DNA from: Callorhinchus milii
Taxonomy: Eukaryota
Assembly (NCBI RefSeq): GCF_018977255.1
Contig: NW_024704743.1
Location: 112,470,001-112,534,000, forward strand
DNA length: 64,000 nucleotides
Direction: 5' to 3'
The position numbers and the translations under genes were made by a program. The notes beneath the pieces are model-generated. The model did no database searches. It saw only the letters and a list, made by a program, of their open reading frames with translations, and was not told the origin of the DNA. Shown here piece by piece: positions 1-11,297 of this stretch. Positions within the stretch are counted from its first letter, which is position 1. Each line of letters begins with the position of its first letter.

Positions 1-965
1 TGCTGGGGTGACAGTGTTCAGTCATGTTCTCTCCACATGTACACTGAGGAAATAACACAAAGACAGTTTCCTAATTCCGTATTCACTGTTAAGTAATTTG
101 GAAAAGTGCCTGTCCTAAACCATCGACAAATTGATACGGGGGATCCTAGAATGAAAATGAAATGAAATATCTTGCAACAGAATCCAGTCAGATTCCTAAG
201 AAAGCAATATATGTTTTTAAACCAAACACCAACTAAATCCTACCATGAACTTATTTGTCTGGAATGCTGACTTGTATCATCAAGTCTATAGCCAGCTTAA
301 GTGCAAAATTCTATCGAAATGATGTTTTTTGTGTGCCACACAAACCGATAATCAGCATGCACCACTACTGTTCAGGGAGAACAGCGGTTTTGCAAAGTTG
401 CTCTAAAGTATTCTAGCAGATCCAGCGCCTTGCTGAAAACCAAATACCTCAGCCGTTGGTGCAACCAGAAACTTAAGAGCAAGATTTTATTCTTGGAATG
501 TACGTTGGGTCCAAAAATGCCAGCTTTCTTTTATTTGGTGGCACAACATATTATTTAACTTAAAATGCATTCTATTGTATCTTCTCATCGTGACCATTTA
601 TGCTTAAACGCCCGAAAGACCTTAAGATCAGACCACGTTATTGTTACCTGGTGTTAAGTGACCATTTCACCAGAATGCGCAACTCTCAAAACAGCTGCCA
701 AGGTTAAACATGTCATCTGAACACCCCACACCCCCTCCTATTGAGCGAAGGAATTTCTATTCCAATTTTATTTCTTTACGTCTAAAGGGAAATATGCAGC
801 AGTATCAGTTATAAAAATACTGCTTTGTTTGTGCAAATCGAGATTTTTTTTAAGTGACGACTGGAAGAACACAAAATGTGTTCCTTCTAATCCGTGTCGC
901 CAAACAGACAATGCTGATATTTAAAAAATAAACCACTTTGATTAAAAAAAGAAGTGTCCACTTAC

Positions 966-1319
966 CATATATTCCATATTTGAGGCTCTGGGGGAAACCT
1001 GACCTCGCAGTTTATTGTGAAGATCCAAAATGACTTGCCTATCACTATCTGTAATGGACCTTTTTGCTCTTCTGGTGGTCCATTGATGTTCTTCCTTCTC
1101 CATGTATTTTGCCAAGATTGAATCCAAACCAGCAGTTATGTTGGAGCTCATGGTTGTTGTGGCTGATTCAGAAGTCAATTGCCTTTCCTCTTCTTCCATA
1201 TATTTCCCCAGGATTGCATCCAGTTCAGCGGTAGCATTGGGGCTGGTGGTTGCAACAACTGTTTGCGCTATTAATAGCAAAGCAGTCAATCTTGTCCATC
1301 CCAACTCAGACCACTTCAT
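966..1319 (-). CDS. CRISPLD1: Cysteine-rich secretory protein LCCL domain-containing 1, first coding exon (118 aa); remaining exons lie left of the window
   Basis: [19 protein letters not shown] signal peptide, KYMEE propeptide, furin-type RRAKR, then CAP-domain start [30 protein letters not shown] ending at a phase-0 GTAAG donor (965-961). Polypyrimidine tract and CAG acceptor near 1384-1386. N-terminus resembles CRISPLD1 more than CRISPLD2, and the exon lies downstream of PI15 as in other vertebrates. Confidence 0.9.
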
Positions 1320-2022
1320 ATTGTGTGACCTTACAATACACTGGGATTAACTTCGAGGGCACTTGACTCTCCCAGATCTGTGGCTGCAATGGTGAAGAGA
1401 GAGAAAAGAGAGGAGAGAGCTGTTTGCACGTTAAAGGACTCGATGCAATAATTTGCCAAATAACAAAAGTAAATATTCCCGTGTTGGGAGGTGAGTGTCC
1501 TGCTGGAGTTGTCATGGAGACACATTAAGACGCCAGTCAGTGGAGACGTACCCAATGCAATGGTCCAAAAGGGCTTATGAACAGAAATCCAACCAGAAGA
1601 ACTTAGAAAGGTCCTTCAGAAAGGCAGTGCGCTCACTCTCCAGTGTCTCTCTCTGACAGTTTTAAATTACTATTAGCAAAACTGTGGTCAAAATGACTTA
1701 GGTGATGGTAGATCTCTCCCATCAGTCAGGCTGCAAAGAGACACATGATGGAATAAGACTTAACCCCCCCCATCCCCACCCACCACCCCCACCCCACCAG
1801 TTACAACCAGAGAAAAGTTGGGAATTTGTTTTGAAAAATCCTCCTTTTTAAGAAAAAGTTTTTTTCGTCGAAAATAATAAAAAAAAGATTTCGAATAAGG
1901 CGTTGCTTCCAACTGGAAAGACCTTCGATAACTTTACACACTAGTTAGTGATTTACAAGTTAAACTCAACACAGCCAAGAACTCTTGAAAGAACTCACAG
2001 TGACTTCTCTTCCCCACCCACC

Positions 2023-2050
2023 CAGTCAGTCAGTCAGTCAGTCAGTCAGT
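2023..2050. repeat. (CAGT)n microsatellite
   Basis: About 7 perfect CAGT units. Confidence 0.9.
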
Positions 2051-2280
2051 GGTCAGATTGTTTTAGTCCTTAAAAAATATACAGATCTTTTCAACTTCTG
2101 TAACACCCACTTATATTTCCACACTTATTTCTGGGGGCGATTTAACCAGTAACTTAAGTCAAAGAGAAAAGAGGAATCTTTCTGCCAATCTTACCTCTGA
2201 CCCAATGGACCCACTCGTTTCTGCCTTTCGATTCTCTGTGAAACTTTTGTGCTCTTGATCTCTGTAAACTTTACCTCCTG

Positions 2281-3181
2281 TGTGTGTGTCTCTCTCTCTC
2301 CTTATCTCTCTCTCCCTCTGTCTCACTCTTTCCCCCAGTCGCTCGCCTTCTCTCTCTCTCTCTCTCTATCTGTCTCTCTTTCTCTGTCTGACTGTTTCTC
2401 CCCCTTCTCCCTCTCCCTTCTCTTCTTTCCCGTCTTTCTGGTTCCCTCTCAGTGTCTCATTCCCTTTCCCTCTTTCTATCCCCCTCTCCCTCCTCGTCTC
2501 TCCCTCTCTCTGTCTGTCTGTCTGTGACTCTCTCCCTGTCTCACTCTCTGGTTGTGGGCGCCTCTCTCTATCCCCCTTTCCCTCTTTATCCCTCTTTTAA
2601 TCTCTCTTTCTCTGTCCCTCTGTGTTTTTCTGTATCTCTCTTTCCCCCAGTCGCTCGCCTTCTCTCTCTCTCTTTCCCTCTATCTGTCTCTCTTTCTCTG
2701 TCTGACTGTTTCTCTCCCTCTCCCTCTGTCCCTATGTGTGTGTTTCTCTGTGTCTCCCTCGCTCTCTGTCTGTCCCTGTCCCCCTCTCTCTGTCCCTCCC
2801 TCTCTCTGTGTCCCTCTCTCTCTGTCCCTCTCTCTCTGTCCTTCTCTCTCTGTCCCTGTCCCCCCCTCTCTCTCTCTCTGTCCCTCTCTCTCCTGTCCCC
2901 TCTCTCTCTGTCCCTGTCCCTCTCTGTCCCTCTCTCTCTGTCCCTCTCTCTCTGTCCCTCTCTCTCTGTCCCCCTCTCTCTGTCCCTGTCCCTCTCTGTC
3001 CCTCTCTCTCTGTCCCTGTCCCTCTCTCTCTCTCTCTGTCCCTGTGTGTGTGTTTCTCTGTCCCTGTCCCTCTCTCTCTGTCTCTGTACGTCCCTTCTGT
3101 GTGTGTGTGTCCCTCTTCCCTCTGTTACACCCCTTTAATCTCTCTCTCTGTATCCCTCTGTGTGTTTCTCTCTCTCCCCTC
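2281..3181. repeat. CT-rich polypyrimidine micro/minisatellite
   Basis: TCCC(TC)nTG units; a ~70-bp block is duplicated at ~2329 and ~2641. Confidence 0.95.
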
Positions 3182-3221
3182 TCCGCGACAGAAAGAAAAC
3201 CGGAGACTCCGAAGTTTCCAA

Positions 3222-3250
3222 CAGGAAGTAGTTTTGTCCACTTTATAAAT
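3222..3250 (-). promoter_or_regulatory. Candidate CRISPLD1 core promoter
   Basis: Minus-strand TATAAA at 3242-3247, ETS-like CAGGAAGT at 3222-3229 and several CpGs in a short unique island between repeats. Confidence 0.3.
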
Positions 3251-3294
3251 ATAATCTGCAGATGTTACTGGAGGTTTGAGGGGAGAGCGTGTCC

Positions 3295-4100
3295 TGGGCT
3301 GGGGCTGGGCTGCTGGGCTGCTGGGCTGGGCTGGGCTGGGGTTGGGCTGGGATGGGCTGGGGCTGGGCTGGGCTGCTGGGCTGGGCTGCTGGGCTGGGCT
3401 GGGGTTGGGCTGGATGGGCTGGGGTTGGGCTGACCTGGGTTGGGCTGGGGTTGGGCTGACCTGGGTTGGGCTGGGGTTGGGCTGGGATGGGCTGGGCTGG
3501 GGTTGGGCTGGGATGGGCTGGGGTTGGGCTGGGGTTGGGCTGACCTGGGATGGGCTGGGCTGGGGTTGGGCTGACCTGGGATGGGCTGGGATGGGTTTGG
3601 GCTGACCTGGGATGGGCTGGGCTGGGGTTGGGATGGGCTGGGCTGGGGTTGGGCTGACCTGGGATGGGCTGGGCTGGGGTTGGGCTGACCTGGGATGGGC
3701 TGGGGTTGGGCTGACCTGGGATGGGCTGGGCTGGGGTTGGGCTGACCTGGGATGGGCTGGGATTGGGCTGACCTGGGATGGGCTGGGCTGAGGTTGGGCT
3801 GACCTGGGATGGGCTGGGCTGGGGTTGGGCTGACCTGGGATGTGCTGGGCTGGGGTTGGGCTGACCTGGGATGGGCTGGGCCGGGGTTGGGCTGACCTGG
3901 GATGGGCTGGGCTGGGGTTGGGCTGACCTGGGATGGGCTGGGGTTGGGCTGGGGTTGGGCTGACCTGGGATGGGCTGGGCTGGGGTTGGGCTGACCTGGG
4001 ATGGGCTGGGATGAGGTTGGGCTGACCTGGGATGGGCTGGGCTGGGGTTGGGCTGACCTGGGATGGGCTGGGCTGGGGTTGGGCTGACCTGGGATGGGGC
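3295..4100. repeat. G-rich minisatellite with a ~31-bp unit
   Basis: GGGCTGACCTGGGATGGGCTGGGCTGGGGTT and shorter variants repeated in tandem. Confidence 0.95.
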
Positions 4101-4192
4101 TCCTCTGCGCCTTTTTATTCTCCACCAAACCTGGGAACGTGTCAGATCTGCTCCCCAGCTCTTGCTGTAAGTGCCAGTGAGTGATCTGGAAT

Positions 4193-7140
4193 GAAGAGAG
4201 GAGCAATTCTTTGAGAGAGAGAGAGAGAGAGATAGGGGGGCAATCCAGAGAGAGGGGCAATCCAAAGAGAGAGAGGAGCAATCCAGAGAGAGAGGGGGGG
4301 GGGGGGGGGGGCGATCCAGAGAGAGAGAAGAGCAATCCAGAGAGAGGTAATCCAGAGAGGGAGGAGCAATCCAGAGAGAGAGAGAGAGAGGGTGGGTGGG
4401 GGGATCCAGAGAGTGAGAAGAGCAATCCAGAGAGACGCGCAATCCAGAGATAGAGAGGAGCAATCCAGAGAGAGAGAGAGGAGCAATCCAGAGAGAGGGG
4501 GAGAGCAATCCAGAGAGAGAGAGAGGGGGGGGGGCGATCCAGAGAGAGAGAAGAGCAATCTAGAGAGAGTTAAAATCCAGACCGAGGAGCAACCCAGAGA
4601 GAGAGAGGAGCAATCCAGAGAGAGAGGAGCAATCAAGAGAGAGAAGCGAAATCCAGAGAGAGGAGCAATCCAGGGGGAGAGAGGAGCAACCGAGAGAGAG
4701 AGAGAGAGACGAGCAATCCAGAGAGAGAGAGAGAGAAAAGAGCAGTCCAGAGAGAGAGCGAGAGAGCAGAGCAATCCAGAGAGAGAGAGAAGAGCAATCC
4801 AGAGAGAGAGAGAGTAAGTAGCAATCTAGTGAGAGGAGCAATCCAGAGGGAGAGAGGAGCACTCAGGTGTGAGAGAGAGGAGCAATCCAGAGGGAGAGTG
4901 GAGCAATCCAGCGAGAGAGAAGAGCAATCCAGAGAGAGGAGCAATCCATGGGGAGAGAGGAGCAATCCAGAGAGAGGAGCAATCCAGATAGAGAGAGAGA
5001 AGCAATCCAGAGAGAGAGAGGAGCAATCCAGAGAGAGTGAAGAGCAATTCAGAGAGAGAGAGAGGGGGGGAGCAATCCTTGGAGATAGGAACAATCCAGA
5101 GAGAGGAGCAATCCATAGAGAGAGAGAAGCAAATCAGAGATTGGAGCAATCAAGAGAGAAAGAGGAGCAATCCAGAGAGAGGAGCAATACAGAGAGAGAC
5201 ATGAGCAATCAAGTGATAGAGAAGAGCAATCCAGAGAGAGGGGAGAGAGCAATCCAGAGAGAGAGAACAATCCAGAGAGAGAGGAGCAATCCAGAGAGCG
5301 AGGAGCAATCAAGTGACAGAGAACAACAATCCAGAGAGAGGGGGGGAGCAATCCAGAGAGAGAGAAGAACAATCCAGAGAGAGAGGAGCAATCCAGAGAG
5401 AGAGAGAGGAGCAATCCAGAGAAAGAGAAGAGCAATCCAGAGAAAGAGAGGGAACACCCCAGAGAGATGGAAGCAATCCAGATAGAGAATGAAGCAATCC
5501 AGAGACACGAGCAATCCAGAGAGAGAGAGAAGCAATCCAGAGAGAGAGAGAAGCAATCACGTGATAGAGAAGAGCAATCCAGAGAGAGGGGGGAGAGCAA
5601 TCCAGAAAGAGAGAAGAACAATCCCGAGAGAGAGGAGCAATCCAGAGAGAGAGAGAAGAGCAATCCAGGGAGAGAGAGAATCAATCACGTGATAGAGAAG
5701 AGCAATCCAGAGAGAAGGGGGGAGCAATCCTTGGAGAGAGGAACAATCCAGAGAGAGGAGCAATCCAGATAGAGAATGAAGCAATCCAGAGAGAGGAACA
5801 ATCCAGAGAGAGGAGCAATCCAGAGAGAGAGAGGAGCAATCTCGAGAGTGAGAGGAGCAATCCAGAGAGAGGAGCAATCCAGATAGAGAGAGAGAAGCAA
5901 TCCAGAGAGAGAGAGGAGCAATCCAGAGAGAGTGAAGAGCAATTCAGAGAGAGAGAGAGAGGGGAGCAATCCTTGGAGAGAGGAACAATCCAGAGAGAGG
6001 AGCAATCCATAGAGAGAGAGAAGCAAATCAGAGATAGGAGCAATCCAGAGAGAAGAGGAGCAATCCAGAGAGAGGAGCAATACAGAGAGAGACATGAGCA
6101 ATCAAGTGATAGAGAAGAACAATCCAGAGTGAGGGGGGAGAGCAATCCAGAGAGAGAGAACAATCCAGAGAGAGAGGAGCAATCCAGAGAGAGAGAGGAG
6201 CAATCAAGTGATAGAGAACAGCAATCCAGAGAGAGGGGGGGAGCAATCCAGAGAGAGAGAAGAACGATCCAGAGAGAGAGGAGCAATCCAGAGAGAGAGA
6301 GAGGAGCAATCTAGAGAGAGAGAGGAGCAATCCAGAGAAAGAGAGGGGAGCACCCTAGAGAGAGGGAAGCAATCCAGATAGAGAATGAAGCAATCCAGAG
6401 AGAGGAGCAATCCAGAGAGAGAGAGAGAAGCAATCCAGAGAGAGAGAAGAGCAATCTCGAGAGTGAGAGGAACAATCCAGAGAGAGGAGCAATCCAGATA
6501 GAGAGAGAGAAGCAATCCAGAGAGAGAGAGGAGCAATCCAGAGAGAGTGAAGAGCAATTCAGAGAGAGAGAGAGGAGCAATCTAGAGAGAGAGAGGAGCA
6601 ATCCAGAGAAAGAGAGGGGAGCACCCCAGAGAGAGAGGAAAATCCAGAGAAAGGAGCAATCCATAGAGAGAGAGAAGCAAATCAGAGAAAGGAGCAATCA
6701 AGTGATAGAGAAGAGCAATCCAGAGAAAGGGGGGGAGAACAATCCAGAGAGAGAGGAGCAATCCAGAGAGAGAGAAGAGCAATCCAGAGAGAGAGAGAAG
6801 CAATCACGTGATAGAGAAGAGCAATCCAGAGAGAAGGGAGGAGCAATCCAGAGAGAAAGAGAAGCAATCCAGAGAGAGAGTGGAACAATCCAGAGATATG
6901 AGCAATCCAGAGAGAGAGAGAGGAGCATTCCAGAGAGAGTTGCAATCCAGAGAGAGGAGCAATCCAGAGAGAGAGGAGCAATCCAGAGAGAGCGAAGCAA
7001 TCTAGAGAGAGAGGAGAAATCCAGAGAGAGTTACAATCCAGAGAGAGGACCAATCCAGAGAGAGAGGAGCAATCCAGAGATAGAAAGAAATCAGCAATCA
7101 GAGAGAAAACAAAATCTGGAGAAAGAGAATAATTTAGAGA
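4193..7140. repeat. GA-rich minisatellite
   Basis: Many units of GGAGCAATCCA(GA)n, ~17-23 bp each. Confidence 0.95.
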
Positions 7141-7246
7141 AAATATGCAGAGACCAAGCGCAATGCAAAGATAGAGAGCACAGTTCAGAACAAGGCACCA
7201 AAGAAAACGTCTGACCTTATTTCTTGTGCTCCTATTCTTCAAGCAC

Positions 7247-7460
7247 CACAACAACTTGTATTTATATAGAGCCCTTCACACAGGACAGTGCCTCAGAGCA
7301 CTTAACAGTGGCCGAGCCTGATACCCCGCTGAAGGGAGGGAGAAGCTGACCATAAGCAAAGTTGAAGAGGAAGATCTCCAGTCATGATCTAAAAGAAGGG
7401 AAGGAGGGAGCAAAGGAGTGAAATTGGGGGAGGGAGTTCCAAAGCTTTGGGGCGCATTGG
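7247..7460 (-). mobile_element. L2-clade LINE 3' end (tail type B)
   Basis: (CAA)n tail followed by CTTGTATTTATATAG and ORF2 C-terminal remnant; same tail type at 9527, 18845, 40960, 43330 and 45240. Confidence 0.7.
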
Positions 7461-7522
7461 CAAACAATCAAATTTGTGACTGGATCCTATCTGGATCTTG
7501 GGAAAGTAATTAATGACAACTC

Positions 7523-7558
<36 letters not shown>

Positions 7559-8479
7559 CCTTGTCTCAAAGCACTTCACAGAATATCCTGTAAAGGGATT
7601 TGACTGTATATTTTGTGAACTTGCATTTATATATATATTGTCTTTCATCCATGGTAACATCTCAGTGTGCATTACAGAGATGGTGCTGAGCAGTGAGGGT
7701 CAGGAGGGAGTTTACTGTGGGCATGGTCAAAGAAGGCTTTTAGTGACGTAGAGATGGAGCAAGACAGAGGGAAGTATCGTGGGAATCCAAACAAACATTG
7801 CTACTTCGGGAAACACATTTTACAAGCAATATACAACCTTCCGGGCTAAAATAAATTACATTTATTTCCTTTGAATGTGAGATCGGGAAGCCACAATCAA
7901 TAGGCTCAGTTCACATTTGATGTGGATTTTGCTGGCTGAGACACCTGAGATTTCCTTTGTATAAGAAATGACTTGTTCAGCATGTGAGCTTTCTATCAGT
8001 GGCTTGAGTCCGAGTGCAATGTTAGAGAGCTTCTCGATAGCTCAAGATCTCCATACAGTTCCAGCCTCGAACTTTACAATACATAGTTCATAATATATTT
8101 GAGCTTCAACTTTGCAATATATTCTGTTGAGATGTCTCAACGACATGATGAGGCGCTATATCAAAATGCAAGGATTTAATAATATTATTATTGAATAATT
8201 CTTTGATCAGAGGAAAAACATATCAGATTATGCTGAGGCTGAAAGAACGGTTGCATGAAAAGTTACATAGAAAACGTTTAGATGCTATTAGTCTTCTCAT
8301 CACTGGGAGGCGCTATCTTCCTATGTTGTAGTTATTCGAATATGTCATTGGGTGGCGTTCTCCTTTCTGTGTTTAGTTCCATGTTTTAACACAAGGTGAC
8401 GCTGTTTATCGGTGACTCATTTCTGCACCTTTGCCACATGGTGGCACTGTTTCTTGGGTGTAACTCCCTTTATTTGTTG

Positions 8480-9000
8480 TCTGCCAGGTGTCTGACACAT
8501 CTGGAAACCCATCACCTGCTTAAAGAATATTCAAACCAGACTGAGAGTCATGTATGCCACACACACAGAAATTTTCATGTATTGGAATGGAAAACGCACT
8601 CTCCCCAGAGAGACGCACTCCACGTACCTAATTCCACAATTAGGTACAGGTTGGCAAGAGCCAAGACTTGGGGACCCCAGAGTGTGGGTTGGGGTACTGC
8701 TGGAGTCTAACCTGCTAAAACTCCATAGATTGCTTGTCCAGCGAGGAACACCCTACCCATTGCCCTAATGGAACTGAGTGGAAACAGGAGCTGAGTGGAA
8801 GATTGAATCCCTGCCCCCGGAGACTGGTCTGCCTCTCCAAGTCCTGCCAATGAGCCAGGTTGGCTGTGCTGTCATCAGCAGTGCCCTAGAGTACTGTGGG
8901 CGCGCCATCTGAGGAACCAGACTACCGAAACCAACACTGAGGATTGACTCGATTTCAAAATTCCATTGCCAACCATGTAACTGTGGAGTCAGCTTTCTTC
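8480..9000 (+). mobile_element. Unclassified ancient interspersed repeat, longest copy
   Basis: Shares CCAGGTGTCTGACACAT...CCCATCACC...TACCTAATTCC...GGTTGGCAAGAGCC...TGTCATCAGCAGTGCCCTAGAG with other loci in the window. Strand is arbitrary. Confidence 0.75.
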
Positions 9001-9526
9001 CTTTGGGTGGTGTTTAACTCGGTTTCTGTAGCTCTGCTATGCCACAGGCCATCGTAGTTCCAATCTATATTTTAGGACTGTTTCTTGTGCTGTCTCACGA
9101 TTTCTGAATTGTGATCCTCATTCTGCTACCAGGGGGTATTATGTCGATTGGTGATATTTTCCTGCGATGCCACTGCTATTCATCAACACTGTATGGTAGT
9201 TACAATAACATTAAATCCCCAATGTCTGGAACCTGTCTGGAAAAATTTTACCTACAATGATACAGCTGGAAACATATCATCCGCTCAACTTGTAGGTGCT
9301 GATGTTTATACTCTACAGAGCCCCCACCTTCCTATTTTCCTTACCTAAGTGCTTTGAGATGTCTAGAAGACATGGAAAACGCTATATCAAATGCAAGGAT
9401 TATTATTATTATTACCTATACCATGGTATTTTCTTGGGTGTATTTCATTCATCATCAGGTGGCGCTGTCTTCTTACATGGTAATTGCTCGTTTTTGCCAT
9501 TGAGCAATTCTCCCTATTCAGGGTGT

Positions 9527-10185
9527 AACAACAACAACTTGCATTTATACAGCGACCCTCACGCACGGCAATGTCCCAGAATACTTGACAGTGGCGGAGC
9601 GAACCGGGGAGAGGTGATCGTAGGCATGGTCGAAGGGAAGGTCTTCAGGCACGACCTGAAGATGGTAAAGGAGGGGGAAAGCGGAGGGATAGAGTAAGAG
9701 TTTCAGGGCATAGCGGCTGAAAGCTCGGCCACTGATGGTGGAACAGATGGCACAAGGGACAAGAACAACAACAACAAAATTACATTTGTACAGCTGTGTA
9801 TAGCGCCTTTCACGTCGGAAGGACAAGCAGGAGGCCGGAGCCAGTCAAGTGGAGGCAGTGGGTTGTGGGGTAAGCAGGTTAGAGAAGTAGAGAGGTGCCA
9901 AGGCATGAAGGGATTTGAAAACGAGTGTGAAAATCTTGAAATCAATCCATTTGGTGATGGTGAGCCAGTGGAGCCTGGCCAGAGCTGGTGTGATGGGGGT
10001 ACGGAGTTTAATGCGGGTGAGTAGCGGCCAGTGGAATTTTGGATCAGCTGGATTTTGTGGATAGTGGAGCTGGGGCAACCAGTGAGCAGGACATTTGAAC
10101 AGCGGAGGCGGGAGGTGACGAACACACGGACGAGTGTTTTGGCTGCGTGTGGGGTAAGGTATGGTTGGAGGGAAGCAATGTGGAA
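9527..10185 (-). mobile_element. L2 LINE 3' fragment(s)
   Basis: ORF2 C-terminus LQPYLTPHAAKTLVRVFVTSRL and ARLHWL..WIDFKI; two (CAA)n tails at ~9530 and ~9765. Confidence 0.85.
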
Positions 10186-10314
10186 TTCCTTATGTAGTTC
10201 CTTGTTTCCCAGGAGGTGGCAATGTGTCTCTTTTCCCCAACCCACTACTCTGTTTCTAGGTTTGTTGACTTTAACAGCTGCCACAGGATGGCGCTGTGTT
10301 TCTTTTTTGGGGCC

Positions 10315-10720
10315 GTCTGGGTACCTGACACTTGCAGAAACCCATCAGCATGTGTAAAAGTGTCTAAATCAGACAGATGCCACCTGGAAATTTCCCCATG
10401 TCCGCAATGGAATGTGCACTCTCTCTCTCCCTTGAAGGACGGACCCAAAACCTTAATTCTAGAGTGCAGGTTGGTAAGAGCTGCTGGAGTTTAACCGGCT
10501 AAAAACACATCATTTGTCATTGGTACTCATCCAACAAGGACCACCCTACCTATTAGGGCTTTAGTGTGCAGGGTTAACAGGATCTGAGTCTGAAGAATAC
10601 CTGCTCCCAGTGATTGGTCTGCTCCTTCAGGTCCTGACAAGACCTTCACAGAGGAGTGATTTAAATCCAACTTTCTGTTGCCAAGCATGGAACCAGCTCA
10701 GCTCCAAGGAGACCCATTTA
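10315..10720 (+). mobile_element. Unclassified ancient repeat, second copy
   Basis: Colinear, diverged similarity to 8480-9000. Confidence 0.65.
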
Positions 10721-10956
10721 CTTCCCCAAAAGAAAGATAGTCACGAGTTACTTATTTGACATCCAACAAACCCAGGTTTGAGCCCTCACTAAGCCCTGGA
10801 TATATGAACTTGTGTTCATGAACCTAGTCTCCACGTAACACCTTCCACCAGCTATCACCCCAAACTTCCGAGTTTCTGATCAGTTATTTGACAAAAGTAA
10901 CAACAACCATTTATTTCATGTCCTTCATGTAAGGTAACGTCTTGTAGTACTTTAAG

Positions 10957-11147
10957 CTCTTGCCAACCTCGGGCTAATGCTCTTCAGAATTAGGTAAACA
11001 GGATGGTCCCTCCAGGGAGAGAGTGCGCATTCCATTCCAATAAACATCTCTGTAATTTCTGTGTGTAGGTGGGATGCATGAAATTCTCAGTTTGGTTTGG
11101 ATACTCTAAATCATGGTGATGGGCTTTCACATGTGTCAGGCACCTGG
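10957..11147 (-). mobile_element. Unclassified ancient repeat, inverted copy
   Basis: CTCTTGCCAACC...GAATTAGGTA...TGGTGATGGG...CATGTGTCAGGCACCTGG is the reverse complement of ~8480-8665. Confidence 0.7.
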
Positions 11148-11297
11148 TTGATTACCCCACAAAAAAATAATTTGTGACTTCCAATCACCCCACTGAGAAA
11201 ATGTGGGATTAGTGTGGAGAAACTGCATATTTCTACCAAGACAGCTTACATATAATAATGTTTGCATTTGATATAGTATTTTATCACGTCGTTCAAT

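Noticed and set aside
1..960. Second coding exon of CRISPLD1
   Set aside because: No W-D-x-E-L-E...W-E-H-G-P frame was found; the region is treated as intron.
4193..7140. CRISPR-like array of a constant GCAATCCA core with variable intervals
   Set aside because: The intervals are (GA)n length variants rather than unique spacers, the context is eukaryotic and there are no cas genes. The gene name CRISPLD1 is unrelated to CRISPR.
2249..7254. Many long ORFs (up to 421 aa) rich in SL, PAQP or RE
   Set aside because: They are stop-free by-products of simple repeats and are open in several frames on both strands.
8480..9000. 7SK or rRNA-derived sequence
   Set aside because: I could not match diagnostic motifs of either on either strand.
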